In this document: one piece after another, positions 1 through 10,146 of the stretch
Layout of the letters: every line of letters begins with the position of its first letter
Numbering within the stretch: the first letter of the stretch is position 1
Origin: a virus
IMG/VR virus record: IMGVR_UViG_3300020048_000026
Coordinates: 1-64,000 of that record
DNA: 64,000 nucleotides
Strand: one strand, 5' to 3'
Position numbers and translations under genes: made by a program
Notes under the pieces: model-generated
Databases searched by the model: none
Seen by the model: only the letters and a program-made list of their open reading frames with translations
What the model was told of the DNA's origin: nothing

Positions 1-1557
1 ACTTTACTTGGCGGTTCATCTGGTAAGGCTTCTAAAAATGAATTGATTGCAAGATTAGCCCCTACAACCTATTATTATACAACATTTGGCCCTGCCGGTA
101 AGAATAAAAGTACGTGCGATTTCTTATACTTAATGTACACAAAGGGGGATTTGATTTCACGCAGAATTTCATCAACCGATTATTTTAGATGGGATATTGA
201 CAGTAATGTATTTTTATCGCAAGGCGGGGCATCTGGATTTCCGGTTTATACGCTTGGCGCAGGTAAAGGAATTATTACAGTATCTAATAACAACTCTAAC
301 AATACGTGGGCTATTGTAACTGCATGGCAAACTTATGGAAATACTACCCTATCCGGTGCTTGTCCTAAATTTGTGTTCAATAATATAGTATCATACGTTG
401 GAACAGGTGGTGAGTTTAATATTTCTGTATGTAATTTTTCGGGAACATGCCCGAATTTTAGTTTGCTGAAAACAACACGCTTTAAAATTGAAACCAACAA
501 TTTTGTTGGCAATTTACCACCGTTTAATTTTCCTGAATTAATTAATTCTTTTAGTATAGACGCTAATAGTTTTTCGGGTGATTTTCCTTGTATAAATTTT
601 TATAAAGCAACAAGTTCTACGGCCATAAGTTTTCTTTCTACCTATTTTTCATCGTTTGATGCCTTTTTAATCAATATGTATAATAATAGGTTAAGCTACA
701 TTGGTGCTTCATCCCCGATTATTTCTATTACCGATGCTAATTTTGCCGAACCTACCCCAGTTGGTACATCTCCATCATTAGCATATTCGGCAGGAGTTGT
801 AAATGCAAAATATGCAATCCATATATTAACAGTTAATCCATTAACTGAAACATTTAATAAAATAGACATTAGATGGAATATTGAAATACATGAAAAAACG
901 GTAATATTCACATCTGATAGTTATGGTATTGATCTTATTACGAAGGCTCAACCTGTGTTTGATAATAACAATGTGTTGTTTACAGATTTTATAGCTACAT
1001 CTTTTATCAATGCTACTGATTATCTTACAACTGCTCAAATTGTCAGCTTATATAATGATGGTTTTGGTACAGAGTGCCATAGCAATACACACGCTACATT
1101 GACAAGCCTAAATGAGGCGCAAATACTTGCAGAATATGATGCTGTAAATTTATGGTTTACTAATGCAGGCTTACCCATCCCAAAATATACTGCATATCCA
1201 GGAGGTTGGCACAATAATGTTGTCATGGAAGCAACAAGAAAGAGAAGAAAAATAGGGCGAGGTGTAGCGGGCAGTGTTTACAGGAAAATCACGAACACAA
1301 TGGATGTATTAGCCTACTCATTGGATGGGATAACATCCGGAAATGTAAATGCACAAAAAACCATAATTGATAATGTAAAAACTACAGATGGGCTAATAAT
1401 ATTTTATTTCCACGAGGTTTATATTAGCAGCAGTTCAGAGTGCTTAACTCCAGCTTATTCCTGTCAGGTAAGCGCAATTAATGAACTGATACTTTATTGT
1501 AAATCAAATGGAATCAATGTCAAATCAATGGGTGAGTTTTTTGACACTAAAATTTAG
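1..1557 (+). CDS. 5'-truncated protein with LRR-like N-terminal region and C-terminal NodB-type polysaccharide deacetylase domain
   Basis: Frame is open from base 1. C-terminal motifs FTSD, HSNTH, AYPGG and FYFHEV fit the CE4 family. The middle has NNFVGNLP/NSFSGDFP repeats. Visibly more GC-rich than the neighbours. Confidence 0.65.
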   Translation, partial: TLLGGSSGKASKNELIARLAPTTYYYTTFGPAGKNKSTCDFLYLMYTKGDLISRRISSTDYFRWDIDSNVFLSQGGASGFPVYTLGAGKGIITVSNNNSNNTWAIVTAWQTYGNTTLSGACPKFVFNNIVSYVGTGGEFNISVCNFSGTCPNFSLLKTTRFKIETNNFVGNLPPFNFPELINSFSIDANSFSGDFPCINFYKATSSTAISFLSTYFSSFDAFLINMYNNRLSYIGASSPIISITDANFAEPTPVGTSPSLAYSAGVVNAKYAIHILTVNPLTETFNKIDIRWNIEIHEKTVIFTSDSYGIDLITKAQPVFDNNNVLFTDFIATSFINATDYLTTAQIVSLYNDGFGTECHSNTHATLTSLNEAQILAEYDAVNLWFTNAGLPIPKYTAYPGGWHNNVVMEATRKRRKIGRGVAGSVYRKITNTMDVLAYSLDGITSGNVNAQKTIIDNVKTTDGLIIFYFHEVYISSSSECLTPAYSCQVSAINELILYCKSNGINVKSMGEFFDTKI

Positions 1558-1580
1558 TTCAAATAGGGAACTTTTTGTGC

Positions 1581-1637
1581 AAAACCTTGTTTTTTAAACT
1601 ATATTTTATTAATATATAGTTTAAAAAACAAGGTTTT
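1581..1637. repeat. Perfect 24-bp inverted repeat with 9-nt spacer directly before the recombinase ATG
   Basis: aaaaccttgttttttaaactatat (1581-1604) / atatagtttaaaaaacaaggtttt (1614-1637). Confidence 0.9.
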
Positions 1638-2645
1638 ATGTTAGAAACATCAGCAACAACGGAATTGATTATAGTACCAACAAAATTTGAAATTTTAGGT
1701 AAAAAAGATTATATTAATAATATAAGATTAAATGAACCTAAAATAGGAGTGTTATTTTCAGATTTTATTGTGAATACAGTTACAAGGAAATCTAAGAGAA
1801 TGGGTGATAAATACATTGCTAGTTATAGAACACTTGTATTTCATATTAATAATTTTTCAAAGTTATATAATGTAAATATTTTCACAAATAGCATAAATGA
1901 GGAATTTCTAGACGATTTTATTGTTTATCTTGAAGAGAGAGATTTAAAACAAAACTATATTAAAAGTTTAATTACTCTCACAAAAACTATGGTAAAAAAG
2001 GCTGGTTCTTATGGATATGCTGTAGATGTAACATATGATGATATTGTTTTAGATGATGAAGAAATTTTCTCTGTATATTTATCAATGAATGAAATCACAA
2101 GAATTTATTATTACAAAGGTTTATCAAAAAAACAACAACACATAAGAGATTTATTTGTTGTTGGTTGTTTAACTGCTTTAAGATATTCAGATTACTCAAC
2201 TTTGACAAAAATTAATTTTGGTGATGATTATATTACAAAAATAACTAAAAAGACTAACAAAAAAGTTATAATTCCAATTCACGATTATATAAAAGAGATT
2301 TATAAAAGATATGATGGTGATGTGAGTCCTAATGTGTGTTTACAACATTTTAATAGATACGTAAAAAAAATATGTAAAAAAGTAGGAATAAATGATACTA
2401 TAACATTCAGTTATACTAGAGGAGGAAAATTAATTACAGAAACAAAAGAAAAATGGGAACTAATTTCTTCACATACCGCAAGACGTAGTGCAGCTACAAA
2501 TATGTATCTTACCGGCAGAATGAAAACATATGAAATAATGTCCATAACTGGTCATACAACAGAGAAAAGTTTTTTTAGATATATTAAGGTAACAGGAGAG
2601 AATATCTCAAAACAATTATCAGGTGATTCATTTTTTAGAAAATAG
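1638..2645 (+). CDS. Tyrosine recombinase/integrase (Bacteroidetes-type, SAM-like plus catalytic domain)
   Basis: Catalytic residues in TALRYSD, KKT, SSHTARRSAATN and ITGHTTEKSFFRY (R-K-H-R-H-Y). Confidence 0.92.
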   Translation: MLETSATTELIIVPTKFEILGKKDYINNIRLNEPKIGVLFSDFIVNTVTRKSKRMGDKYIASYRTLVFHINNFSKLYNVNIFTNSINEEFLDDFIVYLEERDLKQNYIKSLITLTKTMVKKAGSYGYAVDVTYDDIVLDDEEIFSVYLSMNEITRIYYYKGLSKKQQHIRDLFVVGCLTALRYSDYSTLTKINFGDDYITKITKKTNKKVIIPIHDYIKEIYKRYDGDVSPNVCLQHFNRYVKKICKKVGINDTITFSYTRGGKLITETKEKWELISSHTARRSAATNMYLTGRMKTYEIMSITGHTTEKSFFRYIKVTGENISKQLSGDSFFRK

Positions 2646-2696
2646 ATAAAACTTATTAAAAAATAATACTATATAGAGTATAGTTCTTTGATATAT

Positions 2697-3064
2697 GGGG
2701 GTGGATTGATTTGACAGTATTTGTATAATCAGGATATCAGCAAGCAACGCATTTTCTAATAAGCGTTTAATAAATTAGTAGGAACAAACAATAAATGGCG
2801 AAGCACACATGCATATCGTAAACTCAAATTCAACAATGTCAGTTTCTGGAACTGTTGTTGAACGTGGAGTTCTCGTAGCCTAACAGAGAAAACCAGAAAA
2901 TCTTTTTATTAAACTATTCTGAGATATAATCGGAAATGTTTACCAGACTTAGTAATTACTTGCCAAAAATTACATATTTTTGTTCATTTTAGAAAAAATG
3001 TACTAAGCTTGTAGATGATACCGAAAGGCATTATTGAACTCGGGGTCGCACTCCGACACCTCCA
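2697..3064 (+). ncRNA. ssrA: tmRNA
   Basis: 5' GGGGGTG pairs with 3' CACCTCC-A, including the G3-U alanine pair. 5' end continues TTTGAC. A T-arm precedes the 3' end. Internal tag ORF 2797-2883 follows ATAAAT and reads GEAHMHIVNSNSTMSVSGTVVERGVLVA*. Confidence 0.92.
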
Positions 3065-3109
3065 CAATGTACTCAAAAGCATATCATAAGAACTGCTCAG
3101 AGTCAACCA

Positions 3110-3145
3110 AAAAGCCGATAAAAAATATTTTTATCGGCTTTTTTT
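3110..3145 (+). terminator. Intrinsic terminator after tmRNA
   Basis: aaaagccgataaaaa...tttttatcggctttttt. Confidence 0.8.
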
Positions 3146-3202
3146 ATTTTATATATAATTTGAATTACAAAAATTTATATATAAAAGAAAAATATTTAAG
3201 CT

Positions 3203-3478
3203 ATGGCTTTAGAATTACAGAGAATAGATCCTTGGGATGGAGATTCCAACACAGGCACAACATATTATGGATATGCAAGGGCTGGTGCTCAAGACACAGA
3301 AGAATTATGGTCATTATGTAAAAAGGTGGTTATTAATAATGTTTTAGTTTATCAATATCCATATATCACAGGAACAACAATGGCAAATACATATCCAGCA
3401 ATAGATGTAAATAATGTAACTTATTTACAATTGTCAGGTTTAAGATGGGATATGAGAACTGGTTATACATACAAATAA
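3203..3478 (+). CDS. Hypothetical protein, possibly virion-associated
   Basis: Clean ORF after a TATATA motif. Confidence 0.6.
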   Translation: MALELQRIDPWDGDSNTGTTYYGYARAGAQDTEELWSLCKKVVINNVLVYQYPYITGTTMANTYPAIDVNNVTYLQLSGLRWDMRTGYTYK

Positions 3479-3496
3479 AAATAAAAATAAAAAACT

Positions 3497-4291
3497 ATGA
3501 AAAAATTCACAACTTTAAATGAAGAAGTAAAACCAAAATATGAAATAAGAGATTCATTGAGAAATGAAATTTATTCATTAATAGAAAATTCTTTATCCAT
3601 TAAGATAACTAATGAAGAACTTTTAGATAAGGATATTAATATCAACGGTAAAGAAGAATTAGTAGAAAAAATTAAAAGTTTAATTGATGATGTTAGAATC
3701 AAAGAAAGAACATTTACTTTAGAAACAGTTAAAACAAATGTATATCGCAATTTTGATATGAAATGGTTGAATGAGCAAATTGCAGGTCTTAATAAAATAA
3801 AAATTGGAAAAGATTTTGTGTTAGCTGAAAACATACAAGATTCAAATCCTGTAACTGAGGATAAAGCAAAATTACTTCAGTACTTTGTTAAGAGATTACA
3901 CGAATTAAAACATATTGGAGGATATGAATTTAGTTATGAACCATCAGAAGGTATGTTTAAATTCACGAGTCCAGAAGATGGTGTAGTGGTTGTAGCAACA
4001 CCTTTTTATAATGATGCTAATGGTGTTCCAATTGAAGTTTTTAGTGAAGATGATCTTACAAAACATGTTATAATGAAACAAGTAAACTTTAAAATGGAAG
4101 AAGTATTATTTGATAGATATGAGCAAATTATGGAACAATTTTTAGAAGTTGATTATGATGAATGGATTGATAAAGTTGCAAAAGATGTGACAGAAGATGA
4201 GAAAGAAGTTGATCCATTATCAAAAAAAGATTGGAAAGAAGCCGAATGGAGAGGAAATCCTAATAATTTTCCATCAGGATCGTTAAAATAA
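3497..4291 (+). CDS. Putative internal head protein (CTS-like leader MKKFTTLNEE)
   Basis: Shared leader, internal LNE/LAE sites, acidic. Confidence 0.55.
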   Translation: MKKFTTLNEEVKPKYEIRDSLRNEIYSLIENSLSIKITNEELLDKDININGKEELVEKIKSLIDDVRIKERTFTLETVKTNVYRNFDMKWLNEQIAGLNKIKIGKDFVLAENIQDSNPVTEDKAKLLQYFVKRLHELKHIGGYEFSYEPSEGMFKFTSPEDGVVVVATPFYNDANGVPIEVFSEDDLTKHVIMKQVNFKMEEVLFDRYEQIMEQFLEVDYDEWIDKVAKDVTEDEKEVDPLSKKDWKEAEWRGNPNNFPSGSLK

Positions 4292-4317
4292 AAAAAGAGC
4301 CTCACGGCTCTTTTTTT
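4292..4317. terminator. Bidirectional terminator between convergent genes
   Basis: aaaaaagagcc tcac ggctcttttttt. Confidence 0.8.
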
Positions 4318-4738
4318 ATTTAATGGAAATTTTAATATTTTCAGTTTTTTCTTCTTTTAATTTAGGAATAGATACAATTAAAATTCCATTTTCCATTTGT
4401 GCAGATATTTCATTTTTATTTGCAATTTTAGGTAGTGTGAAATTTCTTTCAAAACTTGATTTGTAAAATTCTCTTCTGTAATATCCATCATTTTTTTCCT
4501 CTTTTTGATCTTCAAAATTTGAAGAAATTTTCAAAACATCATTTTCTAACTCAATTTTGATATCTTCTTTTTTTAGACCAGGTGCAGATAATTCAATCTG
4601 ATATTCATTTTCTTTTTCTAAAACATTTGACAATCCGTTATTCCTTCTTTCAAAAGCAGGAATATATTCAAATTCGTTGTCAAAAAACTTTTTTGCTAAA
4701 TTCAAAAAAGGTGTGTCGGTTTTCATTAAATTATACAT
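4316..4738 (-). CDS. Hsp20/alpha-crystallin small heat-shock protein
   Basis: APGLKKEDIKIEL, RREF..SSFERNFTLP, A.MENGIL.V.IPK. Confidence 0.95.
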   Translation of the reverse strand: MYNLMKTDTPFLNLAKKFFDNEFEYIPAFERRNNGLSNVLEKENEYQIELSAPGLKKEDIKIELENDVLKISSNFEDQKEEKNDGYYRREFYKSSFERNFTLPKIANKNEISAQMENGILIVSIPKLKEEKTENIKISIK

Positions 4739-4901
4739 AATTTTTATTTATTTTTTGAGGTTTATAACCTTATTTATTATGATTATAAATAATCAATTTT
4801 TATACCAATACATTTTTCCTGTTAAAATGTCAGACATTTTTAATATGTTTTGTCAAAATGTCAGGTATAATTTTAAATAATTAAAAATAATATATAGTAA
4901 G

Positions 4902-5384
4902 ATGATAACTAAATTTAAAATATTTGAAAAATGGGATATTTCACAAATTCCTTCTGGTTTGACAAGTCGCAGATTTGCTGATGAATTCCACAAATTAAGA
5001 AATGCTTCTGTAGATCAGAATATACCATCTATTCCCGGTAGATTTTATTGGAAAATACATAAAGATTCTTTAGGTATTATTGAAGCGTCTCTTGATAAGA
5101 TTGGTGCACCAAAAAGTTTGTTTTATGAGATAAAAAGTGATATAAATTCTAATTCTCTTAGATCGTCTACTGATTTAGAAATTTGGTATACTAAAGACTG
5201 GAAAAAAACTGGTAAATATACTTGGCTACATAAAGAATGGAGTTGGAGAGAATGGGATCACGGAAAGAAACTTAAAGGTTATCATGATGATAGATATAAA
5301 GCAGGATATAAATATATGGGAGTTGTAATGTTATCTAAGGAAGAAAAAGAGTTTTATTCAATTTCCCATTTATACAATTTATAA
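4902..5384 (+). CDS. Hypothetical, CTS-like leader (MITKFKIFE) and YNL C-terminus
   Basis: Shared terminal motifs. Confidence 0.6.
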   Translation: MITKFKIFEKWDISQIPSGLTSRRFADEFHKLRNASVDQNIPSIPGRFYWKIHKDSLGIIEASLDKIGAPKSLFYEIKSDINSNSLRSSTDLEIWYTKDWKKTGKYTWLHKEWSWREWDHGKKLKGYHDDRYKAGYKYMGVVMLSKEEKEFYSISHLYNL

Positions 5385-5696
5385 TTCATAAACTTTTATT
5401 CTCTTTGAACCGTTCACAAAATTTTTATGCCAAACTTTTCTAGTTTTATTATCTTTTTCATCATCAAAGGCTAACCAGCCTTTTTTCTTTATATATCCAA
5501 CATCGTCTTGAGAAATGTCAGTATATTCATAACCTTTGGCTTTAATTTCTGAAACTCCACTTTCAGTCTTAACTATGTTAAAACTTGTGATAAGTACACG
5601 TGGATTATCTTTTAAGTCTTTAATAACTATTTTATAATCAACAGTTTTTATCTTACCCTTTTTAGAATTTTCAAATAATTCAAATTTTATTATCAT
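5379..5696 (-). CDS. Hypothetical, CTS-like leader (MIIKFELFE)
   Basis: Shared leader; ATGA overlap with upstream gene. Confidence 0.6.
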   Translation of the reverse strand: MIIKFELFENSKKGKIKTVDYKIVIKDLKDNPRVLITSFNIVKTESGVSEIKAKGYEYTDISQDDVGYIKKKGWLAFDDEKDNKTRKVWHKNFVNGSKRIKVYEL

Positions 5697-6220
5697 AAGT
5701 TATATTTTAGTGCTTCTATTTTAATTTTAATTTCATCATAATATTTTTTTAGAATAACTGGATGAATATCATTATTATTTTTTAAATCTTGAGGATTTTC
5801 TTCTTCAATAAAAAATTTATAAAAACTATCAAAATCATTTTCTATTAAATCTTCTTGAAATTTATAAACAATTTCACTTGCAGCTTCAGGATATAATGCT
5901 ATTCTTTTTTTCTGAATTTCTTCTAATTCTCTTTGTAATCTTTCTTCTTTATATTCGCAATCAATAAATTCTTTGTATATTTTTAATTGTTTTTCTTCTA
6001 AAAAATTTATTGTTTCATCTAAAAATGGTGACATAAGTAGATTTTTATATTCTTTATGATTAGTTGCTTTTGCTATATAACTAATCCATGTTTGAATATT
6101 ATAATCAACACTACCATCTAAACTTTCAATAAAATCAAAAACTTTTTTTGGTAAATTTTTTGATCTTCTCCATTTTTCTTCATGGTAGGTAAATACTTCA
6201 TTAAATCTTTCTATTTTCAT
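5693..6220 (-). CDS. Hypothetical, CTS-like leader (MKIERFNE) and KYNL C-terminus
   Basis: Shared terminal motifs. Confidence 0.6.
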   Translation of the reverse strand: MKIERFNEVFTYHEEKWRRSKNLPKKVFDFIESLDGSVDYNIQTWISYIAKATNHKEYKNLLMSPFLDETINFLEEKQLKIYKEFIDCEYKEERLQRELEEIQKKRIALYPEAASEIVYKFQEDLIENDFDSFYKFFIEEENPQDLKNNNDIHPVILKKYYDEIKIKIEALKYNL

Positions 6221-6222
6221 AA

Positions 6223-6651
6223 TTAAAAAGTATGAATATTGAGTTTATAATAACCGTCTTGTTCCATATTAGCCTCATTTGATTCACTTTTTACAGTTTC
6301 CCAAGTTTTATTTGCGGATCCTTTCAACACATTAGAAACATGTTTAGGACCATAAATAGTTATACTTGTAGCTAAATTATTTGCATCTAACATCATAATT
6401 CCAAAAACTTTTAATTTACCTGTTTCTGGATTTTGTTTTACGATATTTATAGCATCAGTTGCTAATTTAGAAAAGGTTTGTTCGTTTGCATTTTGACTTA
6501 CAACTTCAAATCCATTTTTTTGTAATGTTGCTGTAATATCCTTTGCAAATTGATTTAAGGTTGAACTTGCATTTTTTGCTCTTATTTGTGATTGTTCAGT
6601 CACATCAGCACCTTCTTTTATAAATTTATCAAATTTAATTAAAGTTTTCAT
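6223..6651 (-). CDS. Hypothetical, CTS-like leader (MKTLIKFDKFIKE)
   Basis: Leader close to T4 internal protein MKTYQEFIAE. Confidence 0.6.
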   Translation of the reverse strand: MKTLIKFDKFIKEGADVTEQSQIRAKNASSTLNQFAKDITATLQKNGFEVVSQNANEQTFSKLATDAINIVKQNPETGKLKVFGIMMLDANNLATSITIYGPKHVSNVLKGSANKTWETVKSESNEANMEQDGYYKLNIHTF

Positions 6652-6667
6652 AGAAATATTTTATTTT

Positions 6668-6892
6668 TTATTCACCAGAATCACCATTATAAAACATATT
6701 TGGTAAATTATTATCTTTTGCATATTTTATGCCAATTTTTATAATATCAGATTGATTTTTTTTCTTAAAATTATACTCAACACCATTTTCATCACACCAC
6801 ATTTTATAATATTTGAAATATTTATGTAGTTGTGTATCAGGTATTTGATTAGTGTCTGCTTCGTTTAATTGGTTAAATCTTTTAATCTTCAT
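6668..6892 (-). CDS. Hypothetical, CTS-like leader (MKIKRFNQLNE)
   Basis: Shared leader; TATATA motif upstream on minus strand. Confidence 0.6.
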   Translation of the reverse strand: MKIKRFNQLNEADTNQIPDTQLHKYFKYYKMWCDENGVEYNFKKKNQSDIIKIGIKYAKDNNLPNMFYNGDSGE

Positions 6893-6910
6893 AATCTTTA
6901 TATATTAAAA

Positions 6911-7885
6911 TTAAATTTTAATATTATTATAAAGAATTTGTTGATAACCTGATGGTAAGTATCTACCATCTAATCTTGTGAGTTTTCTGGACAATTTTAT
7001 ATTTTCTACGACTTTTTCTTTGAAATTAAATTCTTTATTTTTTCTATAAATAGATAAAATTGCGCATAAATTTTCAATAAATTCATCAGAATCAAAATCA
7101 ATTTCATTAGGAAATTTTTGTTTGTACATGGAATAGACGGTATCAGCTCCAGCGGTTCCTATACCTCTTGTTGTCGGAGTAAATTTGACAACGCTTAAAA
7201 TATTATCACCAGAATCACCAGACACAAGTTTTCTAAAATAAGATTCTTCTTTATTTACTTGTACAATTTTTGCTTTATTTGAAAGTTTATCAAAATAATT
7301 TATGAAATCAATATCATAATTCATATCAAAGATATCACCTTCAGTAGTATCTTCAATATGCTTTAAGAATATACTATAATTTTGTGGTACAAATAATCTT
7401 TCATCTTGAAATTTATGATTGTAAATTAAGTTAATATAATTATCTATTGTACTGAAATTTAATAATTGATGAAGGTCACCATCATTAGAAAGTATTAAAT
7501 TTGAAGTACCTTCTTTATTTGTTTCATGAATTATATGTGCAATTATATCATCACCTTCAAAAGGATCAATTTGATATAAAAGACAATTATGTCTATGTTT
7601 TATATTTTCTTTAAATTTATCAAAAGTATCAAATACAAATTCCCAATCAATTTTTTCTTCTTTTTTCCTTTTACCTTTATATTCAGCATAATAAGCTTTT
7701 CTCCAACTTTTTTTGCTATCGGAAATGAAATAAATTAAATTAAAAGGGTATGCGTTTGTTATGTTGTTATAATCACTAAGTAATAGTGTTTCTAAATCAC
7801 CATATAAAGTTTTTAGTCTATGTAAAATAAAGACTGATCTATAAAGCATGTAATTTCCATCTATAACTAAATTTAAATTTATCAT
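6911..7885 (-). CDS. rnh: T4 RNase H-like 5'-3' exonuclease (FEN family)
   Basis: VIDGN, SWRK..Y.EYKGKR, FEGDDIIA, SNDGDL.QL, GDSGDNI. Confidence 0.9.
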   Translation of the reverse strand: MINLNLVIDGNYMLYRSVFILHRLKTLYGDLETLLLSDYNNITNAYPFNLIYFISDSKKSWRKAYYAEYKGKRKKEEKIDWEFVFDTFDKFKENIKHRHNCLLYQIDPFEGDDIIAHIIHETNKEGTSNLILSNDGDLHQLLNFSTIDNYINLIYNHKFQDERLFVPQNYSIFLKHIEDTTEGDIFDMNYDIDFINYFDKLSNKAKIVQVNKEESYFRKLVSGDSGDNILSVVKFTPTTRGIGTAGADTVYSMYKQKFPNEIDFDSDEFIENLCAILSIYRKNKEFNFKEKVVENIKLSRKLTRLDGRYLPSGYQQILYNNIKI

Positions 7886-8043
7886 ATATAATTTTTGTTT
7901 AGATATTATATAAAGGAAAATTACATATGTTTATATTAAAATATTTATATATAAACTTAATTATAGATGGTAATTATAAAAATAATATTAATATGATATT
8001 AGATAATGAAAATAATAATATGGAATAATTATATATATAAGAT

Positions 8044-8583
8044 ATGAAACATATTAAAATATATGAAACCTTTAATATAACATCTACAACAGGAAATAAG
8101 GTTGTAGCATATTTTGAGACAGAACAAGGTTCAAAATATTTAATTACTGATAAGGGTGAAACTAAAAGATGGAAATCTGTTCATTCTAATACTGGTGAGG
8201 ATGATAAAGGGTTAAAGGAGTGGTATCAAAAATCATTTTTTGTGGATAATAAGTTTCAATATGAAGCAAATTCTATTCAATTTCTTGTTGATAAAGGTTT
8301 TAAGTGCGCATTAAATATAGAAAATGAAAAATGTAAAATTTACATTTTAAAAAATGGTAAATGGGAAATTGGAAACATGAAAGATGCTTATCCAAAATCA
8401 AATATAGATAGACCTTTAATTTTTGATTGCACAGGTAAATTAACAATGAATTATAATTCAGTTGAATATATTTTAAATACTGATAATTTTTCAATAAAAA
8501 AATATCACTTTGGAAGTAAAGTTAGTAAAATTATTACAGCAGATAAAATAACAGATGAAGAATTAAAATATTTTAAAAAATAA
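8044..8583 (+). CDS. Hypothetical, CTS-like leader (MKHIKIYE)
   Basis: Shared leader; TATATA motif upstream. Confidence 0.6.
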   Translation: MKHIKIYETFNITSTTGNKVVAYFETEQGSKYLITDKGETKRWKSVHSNTGEDDKGLKEWYQKSFFVDNKFQYEANSIQFLVDKGFKCALNIENEKCKIYILKNGKWEIGNMKDAYPKSNIDRPLIFDCTGKLTMNYNSVEYILNTDNFSIKKYHFGSKVSKIITADKITDEELKYFKK

Positions 8584-8591
8584 CAAATAGT

Positions 8592-9824
8592 ATGAAATAT
8601 ATAAAAAATTATGAAAATTTTTCAATTTTTGATACCTTAAAAACAAGTGATAAAAATAGTTTTATTTTAATTTATAATTCATTATATGAATATCATTTAA
8701 GTTTAAATGAAAAAAATATGATAGAGTTAGAATATGGTTTATTAAATGAATCTTGGTTTACTGATCTAGTGGATAAAGGGAAAAGAGGTGTATTACAAAT
8801 TAAATCTGATGCTGGTCAAATTTTGGTTGATTTAGCAACTAAAGCAAGAGATATTTTAGATTTTGCAAAGCAATTAGCAAATAAAATTGGAGAGTATATT
8901 AAGGCACAATTTAATAATTTATTAACTAAAGTTAAAAATAAGGCATTAAAGGATGCACCTTTTGTTAAAGAATTGGTTGATTTCATAGAGAAAAAAAATA
9001 CAAGTTATTTAACAAAATATGTTAAAAGTGTTGGCTCCATTATAGAGTATATTACAAGTGGAAAATTAATTACTAGCTTAGTCACAAGATTATCAGAATT
9101 GTTTAGTAATGCTCTAAAATTAGGAACAAATGAAGGTTTAAGTTATTTAGAGAATGATTTTTTATTTGAAGAAGTTGAAGGAGAAGAAAAGAAAAATTTT
9201 TTACAAAGATTAGCAGATAAAATTAAATCTTATCCACCTTTTTCTTGGATTCCAAAAATAGAAGATTTACTTAAAAAGGGTATTATTTATGTTGGTGGTT
9301 TGGTTGATAAGTTTTTTGCTTGGCTTGAAGGTAAAGGCGCTAATGAAGCAATTAATCTTACAAAGCAACTCAGTGCGCATGGCGGTGAAAGTTCTTTTGG
9401 TAAAGGATTATATTTTCTATTTCAAATCTTGGAATTATATATTCAATATTTAATAATGGGACAAATAGATAAATTTAAAGGTTTTCTTAATAAAATTGTT
9501 ACAGGAGCAGAAGATCCAATAAAAACTGCAACCGATCAAATTAAAGATCAATCATTAGAACAAATTTGGAAATTAATAGGAATAAACGGTGAAGAACTTA
9601 TTAATAATGCTGTTAAAAAAATACCATATGTTGGTCAACTTTTGGCTGTTATGGATATGTTAGTAGTGGCAGTTGGTTCTTACTTAGCAGTAAAACCAAG
9701 TTTAGATAGGATAAAAAATCCAGAGCAAAAACCAACACAACCAGGTGAACAACCTAGTCAAGGTGAACAACCTAGTCAAGGTGAACAGCCAGTTGAGGTA
9801 AATAATACTGTTCAACAATCCTAA
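8592..9824 (+). CDS. Helical protein with CTS-like leader, hydrophobic segments and GEQPSQ tail repeats; candidate internal/ejected protein
   Basis: MKYIKNYE, internal LNE sites, hydrophobic helix near the C-terminus. Confidence 0.5.
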   Translation: MKYIKNYENFSIFDTLKTSDKNSFILIYNSLYEYHLSLNEKNMIELEYGLLNESWFTDLVDKGKRGVLQIKSDAGQILVDLATKARDILDFAKQLANKIGEYIKAQFNNLLTKVKNKALKDAPFVKELVDFIEKKNTSYLTKYVKSVGSIIEYITSGKLITSLVTRLSELFSNALKLGTNEGLSYLENDFLFEEVEGEEKKNFLQRLADKIKSYPPFSWIPKIEDLLKKGIIYVGGLVDKFFAWLEGKGANEAINLTKQLSAHGGESSFGKGLYFLFQILELYIQYLIMGQIDKFKGFLNKIVTGAEDPIKTATDQIKDQSLEQIWKLIGINGEELINNAVKKIPYVGQLLAVMDMLVVAVGSYLAVKPSLDRIKNPEQKPTQPGEQPSQGEQPSQGEQPVEVNNTVQQS

Positions 9825-9855
9825 AAATAAATCAAAAAATTTAAACATTTTTTTG

Positions 9856-10140
9856 TTAATTAACAATATACTTCATGTGACCTGCATGTTGATTATTATC
9901 TGAACCAATATAAGTGTAATAAATTTCAACTGTTTCTAATTCGTTTGGTAATCTTTCAACTTTACCTGTAGTTTCATTAATTTTCATGTTTTGTTTATAG
10001 TTAAACTTTACTGCTGGTTCTTCACCTAGTATATTTTTTAGACCTCTTTTTATATCACTAGTTCCTGCGTGTGCTAAATTTATACTTTGTGAAATGTAAT
10101 CATTAATTGCTTTTTCTTTAAACATTTTTATATCATCCAT
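9856..10140 (-). CDS. Hypothetical protein
   Basis: Clean ORF in minus-strand operon. Confidence 0.6.
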   Translation of the reverse strand: MDDIKMFKEKAINDYISQSINLAHAGTSDIKRGLKNILGEEPAVKFNYKQNMKINETTGKVERLPNELETVEIYYTYIGSDNNQHAGHMKYIVN

Positions 10141-10146
10141 TCATTT

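Noticed and set aside
1638-3064. Prophage boundary (integrase inserted in a host ssrA)
   Set aside because: No duplicated tmRNA 3' end or host housekeeping genes are visible, and phage-type genes continue beyond the tmRNA. Sequence left of the window would be needed to exclude this fully.
3034-3321. 95-aa ORF
   Set aside because: It overlaps the tmRNA 3' end, a terminator and the next gene in another frame.
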